Of a stretch of 64,000 bases of DNA, positions 1-12,921 are shown in pieces. The DNA is from the human T2T-CHM13v2.0 reference genome, Homo sapiens. The first letter of the stretch is position 1, and each line of letters begins with the position of its first letter. The stretch lies in the NCBI RefSeq assembly GCF_009914755.1, contig NC_060941.1; one strand, written 5' to 3'. Both the position numbers and the translations under genes were made by a program. A model generated the notes under the pieces. The model searched no databases. It was not told the DNA's origin and worked only from the letters and a program-made list of their open reading frames with translations.

Positions 1-1262
1 TGCACTAGAACTGGCCAGGTGAAATCATTAGCATTGAAACACAGAAGTAGTGGATCAGCTGAGGGGCATGTGTACCATGGCATGAGAACATCTAGGTTTG
101 GAACAGATTCTCCATGAACATCAACTTTAGAAGATAAGTAAAAGAAGACCACATTGAAAAGGAGACTGTAGAAAAGTCTGAGTATGAAAAATCAAAGAAG
201 TAAGAGAAAAATCAAGGGTATTTGGTATTAACAAAGCCTGGAACAAAGTCACCTGCCAAGGTTTTAAGATGTCTAATACTGCTGACAGATACAGCTAGGT
301 AATGACTGGAAAGTGTTACTAAACCTAAGTTTAGTAAAATTAAGGTTAACTGTGACTTTGAAAAATGCTCTTCAGACACCTGGGAAATGGGCATCAGGAG
401 GCAATAAACCAGGGGCTAAGGTCTTGGAGAACAGAGTCAATGAAGATGGCTTGAATTCCAGTTCTGCCATTTAGTACTGTTATATTAGTCTAGATATTTA
501 CTCTTTCTAACTCTATTTTCTTACTATAAAACATGGTGCAGCCACCTGTGACTGTTATTATGAAGATTAACTCAGATAGTTTACAACAAGCATTTAAAAC
601 TATGCTTTGGTTCACAGGTGTTCAGCAAAGGAACCTATATTAATTGACATTATTTTACAATGGGTTGAGGAATGAATGAGAGGTAAGGAAGTAGCATCAT
701 CAAGTGTACACCTGCTGTCTTCTTACACCAAAATCAGTCCTGAAGTACCTGTAGGCAGAAACATGTTTAGAGAGAGGCAGCAGAGTTCAGAGGTCAAGAT
801 TCAGAAATAAAGGCTGGGACATTCACAATCTTACCAGTTTGCCTAATTTAGACCCTTGCCTAGAAATTTCTACCGTCAGGATTCTGTCTTGCATTCCGAG
901 ACCACTGAAACATCTTTGTCAAGTTACCTGTAAAATATTCTTTTTGATATATGGGGACTTCAAAGTTAAATCTTTTCTCTTTACCCCCATGAACTTTATT
1001 GTTAAAGCCTAGATAAGCTGATAGTTTTTCATTGGTAACTGTATTCAAATGGCAACCCCACCCATATCTTTTGCAGGCAGAAAAGTCTTAGGGAGCTCTA
1101 TCCCAGCTCTTCCTTTGGGTATAAAGGTATTATAGTCAGTGCTACTTGCAGATTCTTTGTAAGGTAGAGATATTGTTTCCTAAATAAAATTGAAACCCTA
1201 AATAAAACTGAACTATTCAATAACAAATTGAGAATTCAGGTGAAAAAAATCAGGAAGCTTAC

Positions 1263-1400
1263 CAATATATTTAACAAAAGCAACTGATTCTGTTGTATTT
1301 ACAGAATAACTTTGCTAGAATTCCTTTCTTAATGTAACCAGACTTCCCACCAGCACAGTGAATGCCCACCGCCTGCTGTCTTCTTCCACCAAAATCAGTC
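1263..1400 (-). other. SLFN13: Probable non-coding 5'-UTR exon of SLFN13
   Basis: Minus-strand acceptor TCTTTCAG| at 1401/1400 and donor |GTAAGC at 1263/1262 bound a 138-nt unique segment. The coding exons would lie left of the window. Confidence 0.5.
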
Positions 1401-1856
1401 CTGAAAGACCTGTATGCAGAAACATGTAGAGAGAGGCAGTAGAGTTCAGGGGTCAAGATTCAGACTTCTTTGAACCCCCCCTACACATGCATGGGAATAA
1501 TTAGAGATAATTCTTGCCCTTGCTTCTCTGTGGAAATTGATGGAAACAGTTTCGCCTCCTACACAGGTATACTGTAGGTAAAATCAGAACAACACAAATC
1601 CTCCCATCCACTCCCAAGCCCCCCACCCCACTGAGGAAAACTGGTGGGGACTGGCTAGTCTCAGGCAGAAACAGAAGGAAACAGCTGCGACAGAGGCTCC
1701 CTCTTGGGAAAATAAAACACAGAGCTCTTTGTCCTTCTCAGATAGCAGCTCTGTATTTTACAGACGTTGGGAGGGAGACATTTTTCTCATTTCTCCCCTT
1801 TCTAGATTGCAGGGTAATCAGGATAATGGGTACAGGGTAATGGCAATTCTAATTCT

Positions 1857-2178
1857 GTTTTGTTGTTTTGTTTTGTTTTGTTTTGTTTTTGTTTTGATAC
1901 AATGTCTTCCTGTGTTGTCCAGGCTGGAGGGCAGTGGCGCCATCACAGGCTCAGGCGATTTTTGCCTCAGCCTCCGGAGAAGCTGGAACCACAGGTGCGC
2001 GCCACCAGGCCCGGTTAATTTATTAATATTAGTATTATATTATTATTATTATTATTATTCATAGCGATAGGGTCTCCCTACATTGCCCAGGCTGGTCTCG
2101 AAATCCTGGGCTCAAGTAATCCTCCCACTTGGCCTTTCAAAGTGCTGAAGCTACAGGCATGAGCCACCACACCCGGCC
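1857..2178 (-). mobile_element. Alu (old, AluJ-like) with (TTTTG)n tail and (TAT)n linker
   Basis: Reverse-complement Alu arms ending ...CACACCCGGCC. Confidence 0.85.
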
Positions 2179-2716
2179 TAATTCTGCTTTTTAACTCTTA
2201 GATTAAGAACAATAATTTACAGTGGTTAGTGAGTCAATGCCAAGAACCCTGAAACAAGAGTCCCAACCTTCGCAACGGGGGAAGCCTCCAGGACGCACTT
2301 GGCTCTGCCTGTTTGTTCCGCCCCCGCGGAAACCGCTGCTCGCTGGGCAGGGGCTTTCTGTTTTGCAGCCGGAACAGGAACACAGATAGCCCGCCAAGCC
2401 GCCGGCGACACCTTCCAACCCCTTTAGCTCTCCGCACCGTCCCTCCCCACCGCCCCGCCTCCACCCGCGCCGCGATCAAGTCCTCATAGCCTTTTAGGGA
2501 ATTTGCTCAGCAAACTAGCCGAACCCCAAAGGCAGGGGAGAAGCACGCAAATACCCCGACTCCACCGGCTGGCCGGAGCTGGGGGGCGGGGGTTGCTCTC
2601 CTAGCTTGCTCCCCATCCGAGTCAACGCCAGTCCAGGGTCGTGCCGGACTAGACCCTAGGGCGTGGGTACAAACGGGAGCTCCGCAGTCCCCGTAGGAGC
2701 AGGGACCCTCTCTTAC

Positions 2717-2780
2717 CTCTCAAGCTCCAGCGCGTCAAGCTCCAGGACACTCCGCGTTTCCCTGGAGGCGCCAAGGTCAG
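2717..2780 (-). other. SLFN13: Probable non-coding first exon of SLFN13 (5' end approximate)
   Basis: Minus strand reads ...GAGAG|GTAAGA at 2717/2716, immediately downstream of the TATA/CCAAT cluster. Confidence 0.55.
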
Positions 2781-2920
2781 GTTCTTATAACCAATGGTTG
2801 GCGCCTACCTGGGCAGGTCCCACACAGGGGATGAACGAACCAATGGGTCCCAGGCAGGGCATGGACGCGCCAATGGGAGTGTCTACAAAGCCCGGGAACA
2901 CTTTGCCACGCTGTCTAGAA

Positions 2921-3252
2921 GGCCTGGCGGGAGGCTCGCGCCTATGAAATCCCAGCACTTTGGGAGGCCTAAGCGGGTTCATCGCTTGAGCCAAGAAGTT
3001 CGAGACCAGCCTGGACAGCACAGTGGGACCCCCGTCTGTACAACAACAACAACAACAACAACAACAAAATTACTCAGGCTTAGTGGCGCGCGCCTGTAGA
3101 CTCAAATGTAGTCTCAGATGCCCGGGAGGCTGAGGCTGGAGGATCACTTGAGCCCGAGGAAGTCCAGGGTAAAGTGAGTCGAGATCGCACCACTGCACTC
3201 CAGCTTGGGCGACAGAGTGAGAGCCTGTTCCCCCTACAAAAAAAAAAAAAAA
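2921..3252 (+). mobile_element. Alu (AluJ-like) inside the CpG island, with (CAA)n linker
   Basis: TCCCAGCACTTTGGGAGG...GCACTCCAGCTTGGGCGACAGAG followed by poly(A). Confidence 0.9.
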
Positions 3253-4318
3253 TGTCTGGAAACGCCAAGTTTTCTGATTGCTTTCGAGTGGTTCTTAGTT
3301 CTTTCTTACTCCCCCTCCGCCCCTCCTCCGTCCCTATCTCTCTCTCCTTTCCCGGAGCCTGCGGTCCCGCCTTCCCCGGACCCCTCCTCTGAGGGTCCAG
3401 CCAAGCTCTCGCCCGAGCTTTCCCCTTCCACCGCACTGCAACTGCCCATACCCCAGCTTGGGCTTCTCTCCCCACTGCCTGCCCCAGAAAGTGGGCCTTG
3501 AGACCCGGGAACCCCAGGTCAAAATGCGACGGATGCTCGGATCGGGCGGCACTCGGTTCCTGGCTGGATTTGTGGCTCCGCAGACCCCGCGCCAGAGTGG
3601 GATGTGGCGGCGGCCGGTGCTCTGTGCTCAGTCAACGCCTTGGAGAGGAGGACTACGAAACCCATACACTCGGACAGAACCCTGGCAGGTGTTAAAGGCT
3701 GCGGCAGAGCAGAAAAGCAGAACCCTGGCTGGTTTTCTTGTAACACGAGCAGTGTGACGGTTACCGGGGTTGACCAAGCACCGCGCATCGGCCAAGTTCT
3801 CACTGACGCGGACTGGCCCAAGGGTGGGAGCGGCGGTTAACACCGGGGTGATTAATATACGCTCCAGTGGAGGCTAAAGTGAGAAAATAAAACGTACTCC
3901 AATACCACCCCCCCTTCGCCCCAGAGATTACCACTGACCACTATTAACACCCTATTGTACATATCTTTACGGATCATACATATATATTACACAAACATAT
4001 ATGTAATACTTTTTTATTAATACAAAGTCACACTGTATGTACTCTTCTTAATCTGCTTTTTTCAATGACTTCCACCTTTCCATTTCAGTAAATCTTCATA
4101 TAATCATATTCCAGTTTTTTCATTTTTCTTTAAAATGCGGTTTATAGATTGTGCAAACCTGTACTGAATCCAGAACTATACATCTGTAAAGCGCTGGAAA
4201 AAAAAAAAAGGCTGTCAATCTAGAATTCTATAACCACCAAAAACAAAACAAAACAAGTCCTCCAAAATGGAGGCAAAATAACGACGTATTCAGACCAAAA
4301 AAAAAAAAAAAATCTTAG

Positions 4319-6350
<2,032 letters not shown>

Positions 6351-6357
6351 AAATCTA

Positions 6358-6768
<411 letters not shown>

Positions 6769-6989
6769 TTACAGACAGCTGGAAAATGACTAGGCAGTGG
6801 TGATATAACCAATATATCCAAGGCCTGACCAATTACGTGGGAACCCTTCTTAAGTACAGATTCCATAAGTAGAAATTGTGCCTTTGCAAATTAGGTTACT
6901 CACTTTCTTTTTTTATCTTATATGAGATGCCTTCTTTTTCTCAACTCACATTTCACATTCACATGCCTTTTTTAGTCTTTACATAAATA

Positions 6990-7098
6990 CAGAATTTACT
7001 TTTTCATGTACAGTAAAATTTACCTTTTATGTATAGTTCTATTAACACATGTTTAGAATCATGTAACCACCACAAAACAGAATAGAGCCACCACCACC

Positions 7099-7131
<33 letters not shown>

Positions 7132-7446
7132 AACTAATGATTTCCCCCAATTCCAGTCCCTGCAAAGCACATATTTGTTCTCTATCCCTAGTTTTCTCTT
7201 TTCCAGGATGGTGTATAACTGTAATCAAATAGTATGTAACCATTTGGGATTGGCTTCTTTGCATAATATCTTTGAGTTTCTTCCCTGCTGTGTCTGTTAA
7301 TTTTTCATTCCTTTCGATTGCTGAGTGGTATTCCATTGTTTGGATGTACCACTTTTTGTTTAACCATTAACCCATTGGAAGACATTCAGGTTGTTTCCTG
7401 GGTTTGTTAATTATGAATAGAACTGCTACAAATAGCCATGTATAGC
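6990..7446 (-). mobile_element. Old L1M 3' end containing a (CA)n repeat
   Basis: Typical L1M 3'-UTR/ORF2 end; the ORF track shows an MEYHSAIERNE-like remnant. Confidence 0.65.
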
Positions 7447-10400
7447 TGTGATGGTTAATACTGAGTGTCAACTTGATTGGATTAAAGGATACAAAGTATT
7501 GATCCTGAGTGTGTCTGTGAGGGTGTTGCCAAAAGATACTTGCTTTTGAGTCAGTGGGCTGGGTAAGGCAGATCCACTCTTAATCTGGTGGGCACACTCT
7601 AACCAGCTTTCAATGAATATAAAGCAGGCAGAAAAACGTGAAAATGAGAGATGGGCCTATCCTCCCAGCCTACATCTTTCTCCTGTCCTGGATGCTTCCT
7701 GCTCTTGAACATCGGACTCCAAGTTCTTCAGTTTTGAGACTTGGACTAGCTCTCCTTGCTCCTCAGCTTGCAGACAGCCTATTGTGGGACCTTGTGATAG
7801 TGTAAGTTAATACTTAATAAACTTCCCTTTATATATATATATATCTCCTATTAGTTCTGTCCCTCTAAGAGAACCCTAACTAATACAGATTTTGGTACCA
7901 GGAGTGGTTCTAAAGGAACAGATATTAAGGATGGAGTTTTTTCATTGGTTTAGGGGTTTCTGGAGTCGGCTGCTTAATAGGATTAGACCCAAAAATGCTA
8001 AGGACTCTACTTCTAACAGTATGGAGAACACTGATAGTCCTTCACATGAACTGTTTAGAGAGTTGTGCAAAATAAATGCATTTGGCACTCCTGATTCACT
8101 GCTCATGAGAGGCAAGGGGTTTAGTGACACTGCCTAATACTTTTGACCATATGCGGAGAACCAAGGAACGTAATGAAGCTGGTTGGTTGCTCCTAAGTTC
8201 AGTAGGCAAAGTGATGAAAGAAAATGATGAGCTCAGGGATTCTGTCTCCCGGCTTCAGAAGCAGATACTGAGCCTCAAATCTGCTAAGATTACCCTGAGT
8301 GAGAGCCTTATCTCCTGTAGAGAAAGAGCTGAAATTGTGGAAAAACAGACACAAGCTCTTATGCGAGTGGCTGACCTGCAACAAAAGATGCATGCATAGC
8401 CTCGCCAGGTGTCTACTGTTAAAGTGAGGGCATTGGTTGGAAAAGAATGGGACCCTGCAACTTGGAATGGGGAAATGTGGGAACACCCTGATGAAGCTGG
8501 GGACACTGAGTTTGTAAACTCTGATGAACTTAGTGAGAAGGGAGAGCTTCCCCATCCCAAGTAGTGGCAACATCCCCTCCTCGACCCATGCTGCCATCAG
8601 CCTTTCCTCCTTCGTCTGAGGAGATGAACCCTGCGCTGCCTGAGGTAACAGTGATGGCCTCCCCTGAGGCAGTTGCCAGGCAAGATAATGTTGATTCTCC
8701 TCAGGAGCCACCCCCAACACCCTGTTTGCTTCTAGACCTATAACCAAACTAAAGTCCCAGCAGGCCCCTGGAGGTGAGGTTGAGAGTGTGACCTATGAGG
8801 AGGTGCAATACACTCAAAAAGAACTGTTTGAGTTCCCTAATTTATATAAACAGCAATCTGGAGAACAGGCATGGGAATGGATATTAAGGGTATGGGATAA
8901 TGGTGGAAGGAACATAGAGTTGGATCAGTTTGAATTTATTGATCTGGACAACCAAAGTTGCCATGGTGGCAGGGATGGCGGTTATGCATGGGCTCAGGAA
9001 CATGGACTTCCACTCACCAAGGCTGACCTGGCTATGGCCACTGCTGAGTGCCCAATTTTCCAGCAGCAGAGACCAACACTGAGCACTCAATATGGTACCA
9101 TTCCTCGGGGCGATCAGCCAGCCACCTGGTGGCAAGTTAATTATATTGGACCTCTTCCATCATGGAAATGGCGGAGGTTTGTCCTCACTGGAATAGACAC
9201 TTACTCCGGATATAGTTTGCCTATCCTGCACGCAATGCTTCTGCCAAGACTACCATCGATGGATTCACGGAATGCCTCATCCACCATCATAGTATTCCAC
9301 ACAGCATTGCCTCTCACCAAGGCACTCACTTTACAGCTAAAGAAGTGTGGCAGTGGGCTCATGCTCATGGAATTCACTGGTCTTAACATGTTCCCCATCG
9401 TCCTGAAGCAGCTGGATTGATAAAACAGTGGAATGGCCTTTTAAAGGCACAATTAAAATGCCAACTATGTGACAATACTTTGCAGCACTGGGGCAAAGTT
9501 CTCCAAAAGGCTGTGTATGCTCTGAATCAGCATCCAATATATGGTACTGTTTCTCCCATAGCCAGGATTCACTGGTCCAGGAATCGAGGGGTGAAAGTGG
9601 AAGTGGCATCACTCACCATCACCCCTAGTGAGCCACTAGCAAAATTTTTGCTTCCTGTTCCCGTGACATTAGGTTATGCTGGCCTAGAGGTCCTAGCTGC
9701 AGAGGGAGGAATGCTGCCACCAGAAGACACAACAATGATTCCATTAAACTGGAAGTTAAGATTGCCACCTGGACACTTTGGGCACCTCCTACCTTTAAGT
9801 CAGACTAAGAAGGGACTTGCAGTGTTGGCTGGGGTGATTGTCCCAAACTATCAAGATGAAACCAGTCTACCACTCCACAATGGAGTTAAGGAAGAGTACT
9901 CATGGAATACAGGAGATCCACTAGGGAGTCTCTTAGTATTACCATGCCCTGTGATTAAGGTCAATGGAAAACTACAACAGCCCAATCCAGGCAGGACTAC
10001 AAATGGTCCAGATCCTTCAGGAATGAAGGTTTGGGTCACTCCACCAGGGAAAAAAAAACCATGACCTGCTGATGCACTTGCTGAAGACAAAGAGAATACA
10101 GAATGGGTAGTAGAAGAAAGTAGTCATCAATACCAGCTATGGCCACGACCAGCTGCAGAAACGAAGACTGTAATTGTCATGAGTATTTCCTCCTTCTTTT
10201 ATTAAAAACATGTTTGTGCATGTATACACTTGTACTAAGAAAATATCTTCATTTTATTTCCTTTTCCTTTATCATGTGACATAAGATTTATTGACTTCAT
10301 ATCAGCATTTAAGTATTGTTAACTTTAGGTAATAGTATTTGGGTTAGGGATTGGTGCATTTCTAGTTGTATGAAGGATAGTTGTATTATGCTAAACATAA

Positions 10401-10925
10401 TTATGACTTCATTATTGTCTTTATTTGAATATTATGTATAATCTCAAATGGAGATGTTTTTGGGTTCAAGTTGACAAGGAGAGGACTTGTGATGGTTAAT
10501 ACTGAGTGTCAACTTGATTGGATTGAGGGATACAAAGTATTAATCCTGGGTGTGTCTGTGTGGGTGTTGCCAAAAGAGATTAAAATTTGAGTCAGTGGGC
10601 TGGGGAAGGCAGATCCACCCTTAATCTGGTGGGCACAATCTAATCAGCTTCCAGTGAATATAAAGCAGGCAGGAAAATGTGAAAAGGAGAGACAGGCTTG
10701 GCCTCCCAGCCTACATCTTCAGATTCTTCAGTTTGGGAACTCTGACTGTCTCTCCTTGCTCCTCAGCCTGCAGACAGTCTATTGTGGGATGCTGTGATTG
10801 TGAAAGTTAATACTTAATAAACTCATATATATATGTTATATATATTAGGATATATAATAAGATATATATTATATATAATAGTTCTATCCCTGTTAGTTCA
10901 GTCCCTCTAAGAGAACTCTAATACA
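7447..10925 (+). mobile_element. HERV-L provirus with two MLT2A LTRs (7447-7887 and 10488-10925), internally deleted
   Basis: Both LTRs begin TGTGATGGTTAATACTGAGTGTCAACTTGATTGG and end CTAATACA. Gag remnants at ~8020-8940, integrase remnants (WQVNYIGPLP, VLTGIDTYSGY) at ~8950-9650, dUTPase-like segment (IPLNWKLRLPPGHFG) at ~9660-9950, and a polypurine tract before the 3' LTR. No env, as expected for ERV-L. Confidence 0.92.
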
Positions 10926-12921
10926 AGCTACGTCCCAGAGACTCCGGTATTTTATCTCTTTGTTCTCATTAGTTTCAAAGAACTTTTTTATTCCTGCCTT
11001 AATTTCATTATTTACTCAGGAGTCATTCAGGAGCAGGTTGTTCAATTTCCACGTAGTTGTGTGATTTTTAAGTTAGTTTCTTAATCTTAAGTTCTAATTT
11101 GATTGCACTGTGATCTGAGAGACTGTTATGATTTCAGTTGTTTTGCACTTGCTGAGGAGTGTTTTACTTCCAATTATGTGATCAATTTTAGAGTGAGTGC
11201 CATGTGGTGATGAGAAGAATGTATATTCTGTTGTTTTTGGATGGAGAGTTCTGTAGATATCTGTCAGATCGCCTAGATCCAGAGCTGAGTTCCAGTCCTG
11301 AGTATCTTTGTTAATTTTCTGTCTCAATATTCTGTCTGATATCGTCAGTGGGGTGTTAAAGTCTCCTACTATTATTGTGTGGGAGTCTAAGTCTCTTTGC
11401 AGGTCTCTAAGAACTTGCGTTATGAATCTGGGTGCTCCTGTATTGGATGCATATATACTTAGGATAGTTAGCTCTTCTTGTTGCATTGATCCCTTTACCA
11501 TTATGTAATGGCCTTCTTTGTCTTTTTTGATCTTTGTTGGTTTAAATTCTGTTCTGTCAGAGACTAGGATTGCAACCCCTGCTTTTTCTCTGCTTTCCAT
11601 CTGCTTGCTAAATCTTCCTCCATCTTTTTATTTTGAGCCTATGTTTGTCTGTACATGAGTTGGGTCTCTTGAATACAGCATACCGATGAGTCTTGACTCT
11701 ATCCAGCTTGCCATTCTGTGTCTTTTAATTGGGGCATTTAGCCCATTTACATTTAAGGTTAATATTCTTATGTGTGAATTTGATCCTGTCATCATGATGC
11801 TAGCTGGTTATTTTGCAGACTTGTTTATATGGTTGTTTCATAGTGTTACTGGTCTGAGTACTTCAGTGTGTTTTTGCAGTGGCTGGTAATGGTTTTTCCT
11901 TTCCATATTTAGTGCTTCCTTCAGGAGCTCTTGCAAAGGCAGGCCTGGTGGCTGTGAATTCCCTCAGCTTTTGTTTATCTAGAAAGGATCTGATTTCTCC
12001 TTCGCTTATGAAACTTAGTTTGCCCGGAAATGAAATTCTGGGCTGGAAATTCTTTTCTTAAGAATGTTGAATATTGGCCCCCAATCTCTTCTGCCTTGTA
12101 GGGTTTCTGTTGAGAGGTCTGCTGTTAGTCTCATGGGCTTCTTTTTGTAGGTGACCTGGCATTTCTCTGTGGCTGCCCTTAACATTTTTTCTTTCATTTC
12201 AACCTTGGAGACTCTGAATGATTATGTGTCTTGGGGTTGATCTTCTCATGGAGTATCTTACTGGGGTTCACTGCATTTCCTGAATTTGAATGTTGGCCTG
12301 TCTTGCTAGGTTGGGGAAGTTCTCCTGGATGATATCCTAAAGTATGTTTTCCAACTTGGTTCCATTCTCCCCACCTCTTTCAGGTACCCCAATCAGTTGT
12401 AGGTTTGGTCTTTTTACATAATCCCATATTTCTCAGAGGTTTTGTTCATTCCTTTTACTTCTTTTTTCCTCTAATCTTGTTTGCCTGACTTATTTCAGAA
12501 AGATAGTCCTCAAACTCTGAGATTCTTTCCTCCACTTAGTCTATGTGGTTATTGATACTTGTGATTGCATTGTGAAGTGCTCGTGTGTTTTTCAGCTCCA
12601 TCAGGTCATTTATGTTCCTCTCTAAACTGGCTACTGTAGTCACCAGCTCCTGTAATGTTTTATCATGATTCTTAGCTTCTTTGCATTGGGTTAGAACATG
12701 ATCCTTTACTTCAGTGAAGTTTATTGCTACCCACCTTCTGAAGCCTACTTCTGTCAACTCATCCATCTCAGCCTCTGCTCAGTTCTGTGCTCTTGCTGGA
12801 AAAATGTTGTGATCATTTGGAGGAGAAGAGACCCTCTGGCTTTTTAAGTTTTCAGAGTTTCCGCATGGATTCTTTCTCATTTTTGTGGGCTTATCTACCA
12901 CCAATCTTTGAGGCTGCCGAC
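10926..12921 (-). mobile_element. Primate L1 (L1PA, mid-age): end of 5'UTR, ORF1 and ORF2 endonuclease domain, disrupted
   Basis: ORF track shows KAGVAILVSD...IVGDFNTPL...SKIDHIIG (APE endonuclease) and ORF1 fragments (MLRAATEK...LTADLSTETLQ). Confidence 0.92.

Larger units (their letters stand above)
2200..3860. promoter_or_regulatory. CpG-island promoter of a minus-strand gene, probably SLFN13
   Basis: High GC/CpG density; GC boxes; TTATAA at 2785-2790 followed by three CCAAT boxes (~2791, ~2840, ~2870); strong minus-strand donor AG|GTAAGA at 2717/2716. The SLFN13 assignment is inferred from recalled gene order next to SLFN12L. Confidence 0.75.

Noticed and set aside
8788-10064. 210-aa and 215-aa ORFs as an intact retroviral gene
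   Set aside because: They are a gag/integrase deletion fusion and frameshifted integrase-dUTPase remnants of HERV-L.
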